A DNA stretch of 64,000 nt, taken from NCBI GenBank assembly GCA_965204355.1, contig OZ241983.1, forward strand, positions 210,985 to 274,984, given 5' to 3'. Source of the DNA: Candidatus Poribacteria bacterium. GTDB lineage: Bacteria > Poribacteria > WGA-4E > PCPOR2b. The notes under the pieces were generated by a model. The model was given only the letters and a program-made list of their open reading frames with translations, ran no database searches and had not been told where the DNA came from. A program made the position numbers and the translations under genes. Each line of letters starts with the position of its first letter. Position 1 is the stretch's first letter. Below are positions 53,536 through 64,000 of this stretch, piece by piece.

Positions 53536-53579
53536 AAAACAAAAAAGGGGAAACAGCAGATTTGCCTACCGTTTCCCCC
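53536..53579 (-). terminator. rho-independent terminator after atpC
   Basis: Minus strand reads GGGGAAAC-16-nt loop-GTTTCCCC followed by TTTTTTGTTTT, 30 nt downstream of the atpC stop. Confidence 0.75.
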
Positions 53580-53608
53580 TTCACAAATCAAGTATCAATC
53601 AATAGAAA

Positions 53609-54016
53609 CTACTGTTGGCCCGCAATTCGTAATCGATTAACGGCGCGAGCCAATGCGGCTTCTGCACGCTCACGGTTAATATTTGGATCACGTGAAGCGA
53701 GGAGTTCCTGTGCACGTTGACGCGCAGCTTCGGCACGTTCAACATCAATTTCATACGCCCACTCGGCGGTATCTGCTAGTACAGTGACACCGGTGCGTAA
53801 CACCTCAAAGACACCCCCGCTGGTTGCGATGGATTGGGGTGTATCAGTTTCGCGGATACGAATTTCGCCAATATCTAGCACGGTCAGAAAGGGGAGATGC
53901 CCGGCGAGGATCTCAAACGATCCCATTTCACCGGGGGCTTTCACGCCAGCAACATCGCCCTCATAAATCAACTGTTCGGGTGTTCGGATTTCGAGATGTA
54001 GTCTTTTTTCAAGCAT
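53609..54016 (-). CDS. atpC: F1 ATP synthase subunit epsilon
   Basis: 135 aa. N-terminal beta-sandwich pattern (LEIRTPEQLIYEGDV...), C-terminal helical hairpin. Immediately follows atpD. Confidence 0.9.
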   Translation of the reverse strand: MLEKRLHLEIRTPEQLIYEGDVAGVKAPGEMGSFEILAGHLPFLTVLDIGEIRIRETDTPQSIATSGGVFEVLRTGVTVLADTAEWAYEIDVERAEAARQRAQELLASRDPNINRERAEAALARAVNRLRIAGQQ

Positions 54017-54031
54017 AGTTCTGTGATTGGG

Positions 54032-55444
<1,413 letters not shown>

Positions 55445-55655
55445 TTATCTCTCTTTCCATTAATTATTTATATTGCCAATTTCATCGGTAGGGGTTCCTT
55501 TATAAGTCATTTTACGATGTACCCATACATAATTAACTTCCATGGTTCATGTCAAAAGAAAGTGCAAAACACGAAGTGAAACGCCAGACTCTACCCCCCT
55601 TAATCCCCCCGCGAGCGGGGGGAGAGTAGACCCCTGATAAGATGAATCGAGACCA

Positions 55656-55734
55656 GGGTTAGAAACCGTACCTACCGGGCCTGGGGGCAATGCGGTTCGG
55701 TTTAGAGTGTCTCATTAATTCTAAGATCTACTAT
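55656..55734 (+). repeat. composite repeat (hairpin + CTAC + conserved tail), copy 3
   Basis: Colinear with 7368-7452. Confidence 0.8.
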
Positions 55735-55987
55735 GTATAGGACTTACGCACTTCAATAGGGTACAATGATCCTCCGGTCTATGACCGAGTGTCCGAGAGT
55801 TGTCCCCTACGGGCTCCTTAATGGAGCCCCTGCTGTAGTTGCCCGATTCATCGGGCGTCGAGGGGCATGTTCACCGGCGATGAATCACCGAACTACAAGC
55901 CGAAGACTCTCCCCGATAAGATCGGGACAGGCGGAACAGAGGTTTTGAGGGTTCAACTGCGTAGACCCTAATATAGTTAGTTGGCTA

Positions 55988-57784
55988 CTAAGCCGCACGA
56001 GTTTGAGTTTTCGACATGGCATCCGCAAGCCGGAATTGCGCCGCGGCACGTCCGCCCTCTGGCAATCCTAGCGGCAGGTGAATATTCAAGAGAAATGGGC
56101 GCCTTTCCCTTTCAACCACGTTCAACCCATGTTCAATTGCCGCAGCAAGGCGAGACTCCTCTTGGACATACATCCCCTCCACACCGACCCCCTCTGCGAG
56201 TTTCACGGGGTTGATGCCCTCCAGAACGACACCGGCATATTCCCCGGTTTCCTTCATCACCCCACCCGCGCTTCCAAAAGAGGAAGCAACCGCGCCATAG
56301 GATTGGTTGTTGGGAATAATGTAGAGGACCGGTATACTATGATGTGCTGCGGTCCACAGCCCTGACTCTGCGTACAACAGCGAACCATCACCGACCAACC
56401 CAACGACCGGCTTTTCAGGGGCTGCGAGTTTCAAGCCAACCGTTCCACCAACCCCGTAGCCTTCAGACCCACCGGCAGCCCGGATATATCTGTTCCTGCC
56501 AGTGTCTGTCCCGGCTACGGTATCTGATGAAAGCGTATATCCGCCGACAGTGTCCCAAGGGACTGCATATTGTTCGAGCATCACCAATCCACCGCCACGA
56601 CGTTCTAAGGCTGTGTCTAGCGTCTCTGCAACTATCCATGATCGGATCTGATTTGGTTGAATCTCAGTCTTCCACACCTCATTTATTCGCTGTACGTGAA
56701 ACGCGGCGGCTTGTTCAATTGCCCAAGTGCGGCGCTCGTCAAAGTGATTCGGGGTTGAATGACTCGATGCCAATTCGAGAAGCCGCTCAAAGGCCCGACG
56801 TTCATCTGCCAGAATCGCTATAGACAGATACGGGATATTTTTGATATGCTCAATATCAGATCCAATGGCGATGACCTGCCGCGCCTTGGCAAAGACATCG
56901 AAATCGCCCGGACTTCCGCCGCCCCTATGATGTATGCCGATACAAACGATCAGGTCAGGTTGAAGGACATCTACCACCTGATCCAACCGTCCACAATTGA
57001 GTGGATGTTTCGTGGCGATGCTTCTTTCCCAAGTTCCGACGGGGACGTAGCTGCTGACACAGGGAACGCCAAAGTGTTCAGCGACCGCGATAATTTGGTC
57101 TTCCGCATCGCTTTTCCAGACACCATCTCCAATATAAAACAGCGGGGCCTTCGCTTCGTGCAAGGCAGATTCAATCTTCTCAACATCGCTATCTGATGGA
57201 TAACCCGCGTGGAGGTCTGGGATACTCCCCTCAATAATGTTTGTGGTTATCTGCTCGGGCCCAAGTGCCCGATCATAGATAGCCAGATGCACCGGTCCTA
57301 CCGGCGGCGTTTTGGCGACTAGTAAGGCACGATGAATCGCTTGTGGAAGTCCATCGGGTTCGATCACGGTCCAGTTTTGTTTTGTAAAAGGCGTAGCGAT
57401 GGATGTCGGTCCGAAACTGTGACTGAGATCGAGTTCAATCCGATCCGCGAAACTACCGGTGTCACCTGCAAAGCTGATGACCACGACAGGTAAACCGCCG
57501 GACCAAATGTTGATTAGCTGCCCTAAACATTGGGCAAGTCCCGCAGCGAGATGGACCACCATTACCGCCGGATCGAGATTTGCCTGCGTATAACCGCCAG
57601 CTTGTGCTGCGACGGTGCCCTCATGGAGTGCCAGAATGCCGTGTATATCTGAGTGAGCATGCAAGGCATCGAAAAAGCGTGCCTCGCGCGAGCCGGAATT
57701 ATAAAACAGATATTTCACATCCAATGCTGCAAGTTGCTCGACCATAACCTGAGACGGATTTGCTGTGATAGACCGCATTTGCAT
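55988..57784 (-). CDS. thiamine pyrophosphate-dependent enzyme (acetolactate synthase large subunit-like family)
   Basis: 598 aa. TPP-binding motif GDGSLLY...NNQSYG. N-terminal Pyr domain pattern. Confidence 0.8.
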   Translation of the reverse strand: MQMRSITANPSQVMVEQLAALDVKYLFYNSGSREARFFDALHAHSDIHGILALHEGTVAAQAGGYTQANLDPAVMVVHLAAGLAQCLGQLINIWSGGLPVVVISFAGDTGSFADRIELDLSHSFGPTSIATPFTKQNWTVIEPDGLPQAIHRALLVAKTPPVGPVHLAIYDRALGPEQITTNIIEGSIPDLHAGYPSDSDVEKIESALHEAKAPLFYIGDGVWKSDAEDQIIAVAEHFGVPCVSSYVPVGTWERSIATKHPLNCGRLDQVVDVLQPDLIVCIGIHHRGGGSPGDFDVFAKARQVIAIGSDIEHIKNIPYLSIAILADERRAFERLLELASSHSTPNHFDERRTWAIEQAAAFHVQRINEVWKTEIQPNQIRSWIVAETLDTALERRGGGLVMLEQYAVPWDTVGGYTLSSDTVAGTDTGRNRYIRAAGGSEGYGVGGTVGLKLAAPEKPVVGLVGDGSLLYAESGLWTAAHHSIPVLYIIPNNQSYGAVASSFGSAGGVMKETGEYAGVVLEGINPVKLAEGVGVEGMYVQEESRLAAAIEHGLNVVERERRPFLLNIHLPLGLPEGGRAAAQFRLADAMSKTQTRAA

Positions 57785-57974
57785 AAAGTGGTATTTCGCC
57801 CTCTTTGTTTAATGGTAAAAAACCTGGTTCCCGTTCCTTCGTCTCATCAAGGGGATTACTCGAAAACCTCCAAACTGCCGTTTTTGATAATGCGAATTTT
57901 GCATTTTGCGTGAGTGGAAGTGCGGCTCTTTGGGCCCCATAGGTTTGCTCAGGAAGCCGTGCCAATCTCAGGGA

Positions 57975-58814
57975 TTATTCGTTGTAATCCGGACGCTGCT
58001 CAAACAGAAGCTGACTTACGCGACTTGATTGGTTCGGGAGTTCGGTATTAACAGCCCGTACCTCTTCCCGTTCTAGGTACGAATGGGCATCTTCGACGCT
58101 CTCGAACTCAAACTCGACGAACCTATGTGGAGATGCACCGTGAAGGTTGTCGTAAGATGCTATCCGTTTGACCTCTTCGGGTGCTTGCAGCGACGGTGCA
58201 ATGGAGGCAATCCACTGCAGATACGCGTCTTTTCCGCCAAGCGGGTAGTCAACTAAGGTAACTAGTTTAACTGTCCGGCTAGGATTTTCGTTTTTTGAAT
58301 AATCGGCAGACCGTTGGGCAAATACATGCGTACTGACTTCACTGCTGTAATCTGGAAGTGCCTCAAAAACTGCAGCGACATCGGGATGACTCAGATATGT
58401 CGCCGCAGCTACATAGCTATCAAACTCAAACTCAACGAGCCGATGCGGACTTTCACCGCGTGCGTTATCGTAAGATGCGACCCGATTGAGTTCTTCGGGT
58501 GCTAGTAATGCCGGTGCAACACTCGCAATCCATGCAAGATAGTCAGCTTTCTTACCGACCGGATAGTTGACTAACCACACCAACTTCACTGGAACCGCTT
58601 CTATATCAGCCATATCGGTGTTCATGGTTGATATCATGTCCATCATATCAACCATTTCAGTATCTGCAGATGACACCATATCCATTGCATCAGTCATCCC
58701 GGTATCCGTAGATGCCATCATGTCCGTCATCATATCTCTGCCAACTTCACAGCCGATTAAAGCACCTAGCGCTATGAGAGCAACTAGAAGCATGCTTCCT
58801 AATTTGAACTGCAT
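57975..58814 (-). CDS. lipoprotein with Met/Asp-rich N-terminal region and two tandem ~95-aa domains
   Basis: Lipobox LIGC. MMTDMMASTDTGMTDAMDMVSSADTEMVDMMDMISTMNTDMAD. Internal duplication VKLVWLVNYPVGKKADYLAWIASVAPALLAPEE... / VKLVTLVDYPLGGKDAYLQWIASIAPSLQAPEE... Confidence 0.6.
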   Translation of the reverse strand: MQFKLGSMLLVALIALGALIGCEVGRDMMTDMMASTDTGMTDAMDMVSSADTEMVDMMDMISTMNTDMADIEAVPVKLVWLVNYPVGKKADYLAWIASVAPALLAPEELNRVASYDNARGESPHRLVEFEFDSYVAAATYLSHPDVAAVFEALPDYSSEVSTHVFAQRSADYSKNENPSRTVKLVTLVDYPLGGKDAYLQWIASIAPSLQAPEEVKRIASYDNLHGASPHRFVEFEFESVEDAHSYLEREEVRAVNTELPNQSSRVSQLLFEQRPDYNE

Positions 58815-58908
58815 CGGTTAGTCTCCTTTAGTGTAAAGTGGATTAACGGTTAGGTGTAAGCTTTTGGCTCGCATATTCTAAAGATTTTGCGTTTTTGTTA
58901 TAGTAAAA

Positions 58909-59382
58909 TTACAGACTAGGACATCCCTTGTGAAAATCAGCAGTCGCCGCATCAAGGTTGTGCAGTGGATATTGTTTATCGCGCAGCGGCATCATGAGGT
59001 TCCACTGCTGGATTTTCTTGTTGAGCTGTTGTAACTGACCAATGTACGCTTCCAATGCCCGTGTGCGCTCCAATTCAAAAACCGAGCGAATCGCGTCACG
59101 CTTCAGCGGTTGTGCCCGGAGTTGCACTTCCAAACGGTTCCGTCGTCCTTTTAGATTCTCGATTAATTTTTCTGCGTTCTCGGTTTCGGCGCGAATTTCT
59201 TTATCCACTTCGATCCAGCGCGGCGCGAAGCCGTTATCCTTGAGCATCTGATTAACCGTGCGAACTGCCGGCGGGATGTAGGGATTATCATCGCGTTGCT
59301 GAGGCTTTCCCTTACCGGGCAGGTCCTTGAAATCGCCCCGCTCCATCGCTTCTTGAATCTGTTTGGTAACATTGTAGGGCAT
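58909..59382 (-). CDS. DUF1992 (DnaJ-C28-like) domain protein
   Basis: IQEAMERGDFKDLPGKGKP...NGFAPRWIEVDKEI matches the DUF1992 signature as I recall it. Confidence 0.65.
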   Translation of the reverse strand: MPYNVTKQIQEAMERGDFKDLPGKGKPQQRDDNPYIPPAVRTVNQMLKDNGFAPRWIEVDKEIRAETENAEKLIENLKGRRNRLEVQLRAQPLKRDAIRSVFELERTRALEAYIGQLQQLNKKIQQWNLMMPLRDKQYPLHNLDAATADFHKGCPSL

Positions 59383-59418
59383 GTTTGCACCTTCAATTAC
59401 ACCCGCTGCGAACGACCG

Positions 59419-59817
59419 CTACTCATCGAAATGATAAACTATTTGGTCGAATCGGTCACATGCGAAGGTAAACACAAAGACCAGTGGTTCGGTGCCAATA
59501 CAGCAGACAGCATGTTTCGCGTTGGACGGGATATAGATCGCTGAACCCGGTCCGATTTCCGCTTCGTGATCGTCAATTACCATGTGACCGTTGCCACTGA
59601 CGACGTAATAGGTTTCCACAGGCTCGTGGTGGTGAAGAGGTAGCCGGGTGTCAGGTGGGAACTCTGCTACCCCCATTACAAGCCCGCTACTCGGTCCTCT
59701 TTCTCCAGTAACCAGAAGTTTCCAACGAATCTCACTCTTGGCGGCCAGGGCCGCGTCCTCCCAGCCTTCCCAAGCGAGTTCTGCTTGATCAATGATAATG
59801 GGTTTCTGCCTGCTCAT
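59419..59817 (-). CDS. cupin domain protein
   Basis: HHHEPVETYYVVSGNG...IYIPSNAKHAV cupin motifs. ATG 59817 with GGGAGG upstream. The track start 59847 is GTG. Confidence 0.7.
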   Translation of the reverse strand: MSRQKPIIIDQAELAWEGWEDAALAAKSEIRWKLLVTGERGPSSGLVMGVAEFPPDTRLPLHHHEPVETYYVVSGNGHMVIDDHEAEIGPGSAIYIPSNAKHAVCCIGTEPLVFVFTFACDRFDQIVYHFDE

Positions 59818-59864
59818 AGCTCGCTTTTCCTCCCGCATTGAGAACACTATCCACTTCGCAGATT

Positions 59865-60731
59865 TTATCCCTCTAGCGCTGCTGCACCACTCACAATCTC
59901 AGAAATCTCTGTGGTAATCTGGGTCTGGCGGGCACGGTTACGCTGAAGAATTAAATCATCAATCAGCTCATTGGCGTTACGTGTTGCGTTTTCCATCGCT
60001 GCCATCCGTGCTGCTTGCTCTGCAGCGTTGGAATCCAACAGCACCTTCCACATCTGCATATTCAGGTGTTTTGCCAATACGGATTGGAAGATTGCCTCTT
60101 GTCCGGGCTCATATAGATAATCGAGGAAGAGTTCATCGCCGGTTGGTACTTCAGGGGTAAGTGGCAGCAATTGTTCGACCAAAACTTCTTGTAGAATCGC
60201 GGATTTGAAATCGTTATAAATTACTTCCACCCTGTCAACCTGCTTGTCGCGATACAGGTGCTCAAACTCCTCCACAATTTCGACAGCGGTTTCAAATGCG
60301 AGTTGCCGAAAAATATTCACATATTCAGCGATAACGTTATAGTCTCGTCGTGCGAAATGGTCTCGTGTGCGTCTACCGACACAGATGACCGTCACTTCCG
60401 CGCCCTGTTCTTGGTAATGTTCTGCCCGCTGTGTTGTTGTTCGGATTACGTTGCTATTGAAACTACCACATAGCCCACGGTCTGCGGATACTGAGATTAG
60501 GCAAACACGCTTAAGATCTCGTGATTCCAATAAAGGATGGGAGGGGTTCTCGATCTGGGATATCAGATGCCCAAGAATTGTATTGAATTTATCGGCGAAG
60601 GGGCGGGTGGCTAGGATATTTTCCTGTGCGCGGCGTAACCTTGCCGCAGCAACCACTCGCATCGCGTCTGTTACCTGCGCGATATTCTCAATACTTGCGA
60701 TACGCCGTCTAATTTCACGTAATGTTGCCAT
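59865..60731 (-). CDS. atpG: F1 ATP synthase subunit gamma
   Basis: 288 aa. N-terminus ATLREIRRRIASIENIAQVTDAMRVVAAARLRRAQ and C-terminus ITTEISEIVSGAAAL are typical of gamma. Confidence 0.95.
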   Translation of the reverse strand: MATLREIRRRIASIENIAQVTDAMRVVAAARLRRAQENILATRPFADKFNTILGHLISQIENPSHPLLESRDLKRVCLISVSADRGLCGSFNSNVIRTTTQRAEHYQEQGAEVTVICVGRRTRDHFARRDYNVIAEYVNIFRQLAFETAVEIVEEFEHLYRDKQVDRVEVIYNDFKSAILQEVLVEQLLPLTPEVPTGDELFLDYLYEPGQEAIFQSVLAKHLNMQMWKVLLDSNAAEQAARMAAMENATRNANELIDDLILQRNRARQTQITTEISEIVSGAAALEG

Positions 60732-60764
60732 TGTAAACCTCTAATGAGTAATGCGTAATACGTA

Positions 60765-62291
60765 TTATGCTTCAGTTTTGAACCCATCCTTAAAACTCGT
60801 CACGGCGGTGTTGAGTTGCTCAATCAGTTCATCACTAAGTTCCCCGGTATCGACAATTGCTTGGAGAATGTCTGCGTGGTTTCTTTCCATATATGCCAAG
60901 AATTCAGATTCAAACTGTGCTACATCACTCGTTTCGAGATCGTCCAGATGTCCGTTCGATCCACAGAAAATTGATGCGACCTGTTTTTCAACGGGCATTG
61001 GCTCGTATTGGGGCTGTTTCAACAATTCAACAAGCTGTTCTCCACGCCGAAGTTGGGCTTGCGTAGAAGCGTCCAGATCAGATCCGAACTGTGCGAAAGC
61101 GGCAACCTCTCGGAAACTGGCTAAATCGAGTTTCAGCGTACCTGCGACTTCGTCTGACTTCATTGCTCGCGTTTGTGCGTCCCCACCAACACGGGATACT
61201 GAGGTGCCGACATCGATTGCCGGACGGACGCCTTGGTTGAAGAGTTCCGAGGTCAGATAAATTTGCCCATCGGTAATCGAAATCACGTTAGTTGGAATGT
61301 AGGTTGTGAGGTCGCCTTCAAAGATTTCAATAATCGGGAGGGAGGTCAATGAACCGCCACCTAGCTCATCACTGAGTTTTGCGGCCCGCTCTAGCAAACG
61401 GGAGTGGAGATAAAAAACATCACCCGGATATGCTTCACGGCCCGGCGGACGTCGTGAGAGCAGCGACATCTGACGATACGCCCACGCATGCTTGGTAAGG
61501 TCATCGTAAATAACCAGCGCGTGTTGTCCTTTATCGCGGAAGTATTCCCCCATCGAAGTCCCTGTATAGGGAGCAAGGTACTGGAGCGGAGAAGGTTCGC
61601 TTGCCGGTGCGGAAACGACTATCGTGTAATCCATTGCGCCATACTGTTCTAGGGTATTGACGACCTGTGCCACCGTCGAACCTTTCTGCCCGACCGCGAC
61701 ATAAATGCAGAATACATCGGTATTTTTTTGGTTAATGATGGTATCAATCGGGATAGCCGTTTTACCTGTTTGACGGTCACCGATGATTAGCTCCCGCTGC
61801 CCTCGTCCGATTGGCGTCATACTGTCAATCGCCTTCAAGCCGGTATAAAGTGGTTCGTTCACTGGTTGACGTTGCACAATGCCCAACCCCTTCTGTTCGA
61901 CAGGTAGAGCATGTTCAGTCTGGATTTCCCCTTTGCCGTCAATAGGTTGCCCAAGGGCGTTTACAACGCGTCCAAGCAGTGCCTCACCGACGGGCACTTC
62001 GAGCAATCTATTAGTCCGCTTGGCGAGATCCCCTTCGTGGATTAGCTTATCTTCGCCAAAGAGTACACAACCGACATTATCCTCTTCAAGGTTAAATGCC
62101 ATACCGGAAACGCCGTTGGGAAATTCAATCATTTCACTCGCCATGACGTTGGCAAGTCCGTGGACACGGGCAATACCGTCGCCAACTTCGAGCACGGTTC
62201 CGGAGTCGTATACGTCAACCTGCTGGCTATATTGTAGTAATTGTTGTTTTAGAATATTTGATACTTCGTCGGGTCTAACTTCTCTTGCCAT
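60765..62291 (-). CDS. atpA: F1 ATP synthase subunit alpha
   Basis: 508 aa. P-loop GDRQTGKT. Confidence 0.97.
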   Translation of the reverse strand: MAREVRPDEVSNILKQQLLQYSQQVDVYDSGTVLEVGDGIARVHGLANVMASEMIEFPNGVSGMAFNLEEDNVGCVLFGEDKLIHEGDLAKRTNRLLEVPVGEALLGRVVNALGQPIDGKGEIQTEHALPVEQKGLGIVQRQPVNEPLYTGLKAIDSMTPIGRGQRELIIGDRQTGKTAIPIDTIINQKNTDVFCIYVAVGQKGSTVAQVVNTLEQYGAMDYTIVVSAPASEPSPLQYLAPYTGTSMGEYFRDKGQHALVIYDDLTKHAWAYRQMSLLSRRPPGREAYPGDVFYLHSRLLERAAKLSDELGGGSLTSLPIIEIFEGDLTTYIPTNVISITDGQIYLTSELFNQGVRPAIDVGTSVSRVGGDAQTRAMKSDEVAGTLKLDLASFREVAAFAQFGSDLDASTQAQLRRGEQLVELLKQPQYEPMPVEKQVASIFCGSNGHLDDLETSDVAQFESEFLAYMERNHADILQAIVDTGELSDELIEQLNTAVTSFKDGFKTEA

Positions 62292-62306
62292 AAATTATAT
62301 TCTCCC

Positions 62307-62846
62307 TTATCCCCTCGCAAGTAATGTTCTCATTCGTTGCAGCTGCGATGTGATACTTCCATCAAACACGGTATCCCCTAAGCGTACAATGACGCCTCCT
62401 TGAATCGCAGCATCTTCGCTCAGTTCAAGGCGTACCTCCGCCTCTGAATAATTACTCAATTGCTGAGAGAGGTTAGCTTTTTGTGCTTCAGTGAGTGGGA
62501 CCGCTGATGTTACCTGTGCGACGACACGACCTGCTTGTAGGTCAACGATCTCCAGAAACATCTGTAAGATTGCAACTAGGGATCTCTCCCGCTGTTTCAG
62601 TGCCAGCAAAAGTAGGAAATTGAGCATGAGCGGATGAACAGTTTCGGATAACAGTTGTTGGAACATCTCGCTCTTGAACTGCGGCGACAGAATGGGATTG
62701 GTCAGAAATTGATCCAAATCCTCCGATTCTTGTGTCAATTGGAGGACCTGATTCACGTCTGCAACAATGCGATCTAAAATATCCTGCTCCGTTGCTGCAC
62801 TATACAAGGCTTGTGCGTAGGGTTTAGCAATGCGAGTTTCTCTCAT
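62307..62846 (-). CDS. atpH: F1 ATP synthase subunit delta (OSCP)
   Basis: 179 aa. Position between b and alpha. IAKPYAQALY start is typical of delta. Confidence 0.85.
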   Translation of the reverse strand: MRETRIAKPYAQALYSAATEQDILDRIVADVNQVLQLTQESEDLDQFLTNPILSPQFKSEMFQQLLSETVHPLMLNFLLLLALKQRERSLVAILQMFLEIVDLQAGRVVAQVTSAVPLTEAQKANLSQQLSNYSEAEVRLELSEDAAIQGGVIVRLGDTVFDGSITSQLQRMRTLLARG

Positions 62847-62852
62847 TTTATA

Positions 62853-63455
62853 TTAGACATTCTGTGTAGGAAGGCGGCTGATGGACTCATCGATAATGTG
62901 CTGATGTTTCTCCGCATCAAGGGTTTGATCGATGATTTTGCTTGCAGCATCAATGGCAATTTCTGCAACAGTGCCTCGTAGTTCGAGGATAGCTTCGTCT
63001 TTTTCGCGTTGGATTTCGGCGCGTGCCCGTTCAAGTTCAGCACTTGCTTCCTGACGTGCTTGATCAAGAATCCGCTGCCGCTCGGCATTTCCCTCATCAA
63101 TGGCGGTTTGGATTTTTGCCTGTCCTTCCGCTTCAATTTCGTTAAGTCGTTGACGGGTTTCGGCATTCAGTCGATCCAGTTCGCTTTGGTCCGCCTCTAG
63201 TTTCTCCATTCGCGATGTGATTTCCTGTTGCCGTTCTTCTAATAAGCCGCCAATTCGCCCAAAGACGAATTTCCAAAGTACGAGCAGTACAACAAGAAAA
63301 CCGAGGGCTTGGAGAATAATTGTCTGAAAATCGATGCCGATCTGTGCTAAAATCCCCTGTTTCTCGGCACTTGCCTCTGCAGCGAACCCACTCGTCGGTA
63401 CACTTAATATCAGGTTGATAATAATCAGTAAAAGGAGCCACGTTAATTTTGTCAT
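62853..63455 (-). CDS. atpF: Fo ATP synthase subunit b (with extra N-terminal hydrophobic/signal-like segment)
   Basis: 200 aa. TM helix followed by a long charged coiled coil (EERQQEITSRMEKLEADQSEL...). Confidence 0.85.
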   Translation of the reverse strand: MTKLTWLLLLIIINLILSVPTSGFAAEASAEKQGILAQIGIDFQTIILQALGFLVVLLVLWKFVFGRIGGLLEERQQEITSRMEKLEADQSELDRLNAETRQRLNEIEAEGQAKIQTAIDEGNAERQRILDQARQEASAELERARAEIQREKDEAILELRGTVAEIAIDAASKIIDQTLDAEKHQHIIDESISRLPTQNV

Positions 63456-63600
63456 TATATTTTTTCTTGGAGTTAGAGTATCGTATATAGTCTAAGAAAA
63501 GTAATGCGTGTGTAACGTAAAACGCAAAACGCTAATAAAATCACGTTTTACGCTTCACGTCCCGACACATCGAGGATCCCGCCACGCGGGATTTCACGTC

Positions 63601-63900
63601 TTATTGCTGACTGGTCTGTACCTGTTTCTGAGCATCAACCTCAATCATGCTTTGAAGCATCGATCCCTCTGGGAGTTTTCCCATAAGCAGGAAAAAGATT
63701 AGCAGCGAGTAGATCACGAGTGATTCGATAAGAGCCAAACCGATGATCATTGCTGTCTGAATCCGAGGTGCTGCTTCAGGTTGCCGCGCAATACCTTCAA
63801 GAGCGGTGCTCGTTGCTCTTGCTTGTGCGGTAGATGCAAAAATCACAGCAATCGGTAGACCGAGTGCCGTCCCGAAAGCTAAAACTGCGAGATAAATCAT
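63601..63900 (-). CDS. atpE: Fo ATP synthase subunit c (99 aa, C-terminally extended)
   Basis: ATG 63900 after AAAGGAGGAAG. Loop EGIARQPE and carboxylate helix IIGLALIESLVIY. The track ORF start (63954) is probably too far upstream. Confidence 0.85.
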   Translation of the reverse strand: MIYLAVLAFGTALGLPIAVIFASTAQARATSTALEGIARQPEAAPRIQTAMIIGLALIESLVIYSLLIFFLLMGKLPEGSMLQSMIEVDAQKQVQTSQQ

Positions 63901-63985
63901 GAAACTTCCTCCTTTAATTTTGAACCCGAAATTGGGTTGGAAAACTAAAAACAATATTAAACGAGCGATGATAATCGCCCATCAA

Positions 63986-64000
63986 TCAATGATGTGCCTC
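63986..64000 (-). CDS. atpB: possible 3' end of Fo subunit a gene (only 4 codons + stop in window)
   Basis: The minus strand reads GAG GCA CAT CAT TGA at the window edge. The call rests only on expected operon order. Confidence 0.25.
   Translation of the reverse strand, partial: EAHH

Overview
This is a 64-kb bacterial chromosomal segment with about 60 protein genes. All but five lie on the minus strand. I saw no rRNA, tRNA or CRISPR array. The housekeeping anchors are valS (26372-29008) and an F1Fo ATP synthase operon. That operon runs atpB(end)-E-F-H-A-G at 59865-64000 and atpD-C at 53609-55441, split by about 4.4 kb of unrelated genes and repeats. Most other genes are accessory metabolism: four PhyH-type Fe(II)/2OG dioxygenase paralogs, two xylose-isomerase-like TIM barrels, cupins, SDRs, Gfo/Idh/MocA, an AbfD/HpaB-like enzyme, hydantoinase A, and BCCT and MFS transporters. 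Two visibly AT-richer islands stand out. Island (i), 10.3-16.1 kb, is a defence-type island. It holds a C5-methyltransferase/HNH nuclease pair, two tandem small unknown genes, and an uncharacterised PD-(D/E)xK nuclease plus single-pass membrane protein pair, which is my best candidate for an undescribed system. Island (ii), 44.0-51.2 kb, sits next to a transposase remnant and encodes secreted proteins: an S1 protease-LRR-Por-tail fusion, an interrupted beta-barrel-like gene, a SHOCT protein, a lipoprotein, a reprolysin-like metzincin and a vWA protein. These are joined by a duplicated small-TM-ORF/junction module. A LOG gene followed by two 2-TM proteins, one with a DUF4145-like domain (31.5-33.1 kb), is a second candidate conflict module. 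Nearly every intergenic spacer over 100 bp is a mosaic of short palindromic repeats and MITE-like elements. There are at least seven families, some nested, and several hairpin families share a 5' GTAG as in REP/RAYT elements. The taxon cannot be assigned from sequence alone. The gene content (PSCyt1 remnant, LRR protein, Por-type C-terminal tail, PhyH/Gfo-Idh-MocA expansion) would fit an uncultured marine PVC/FCB-neighbouring lineage.
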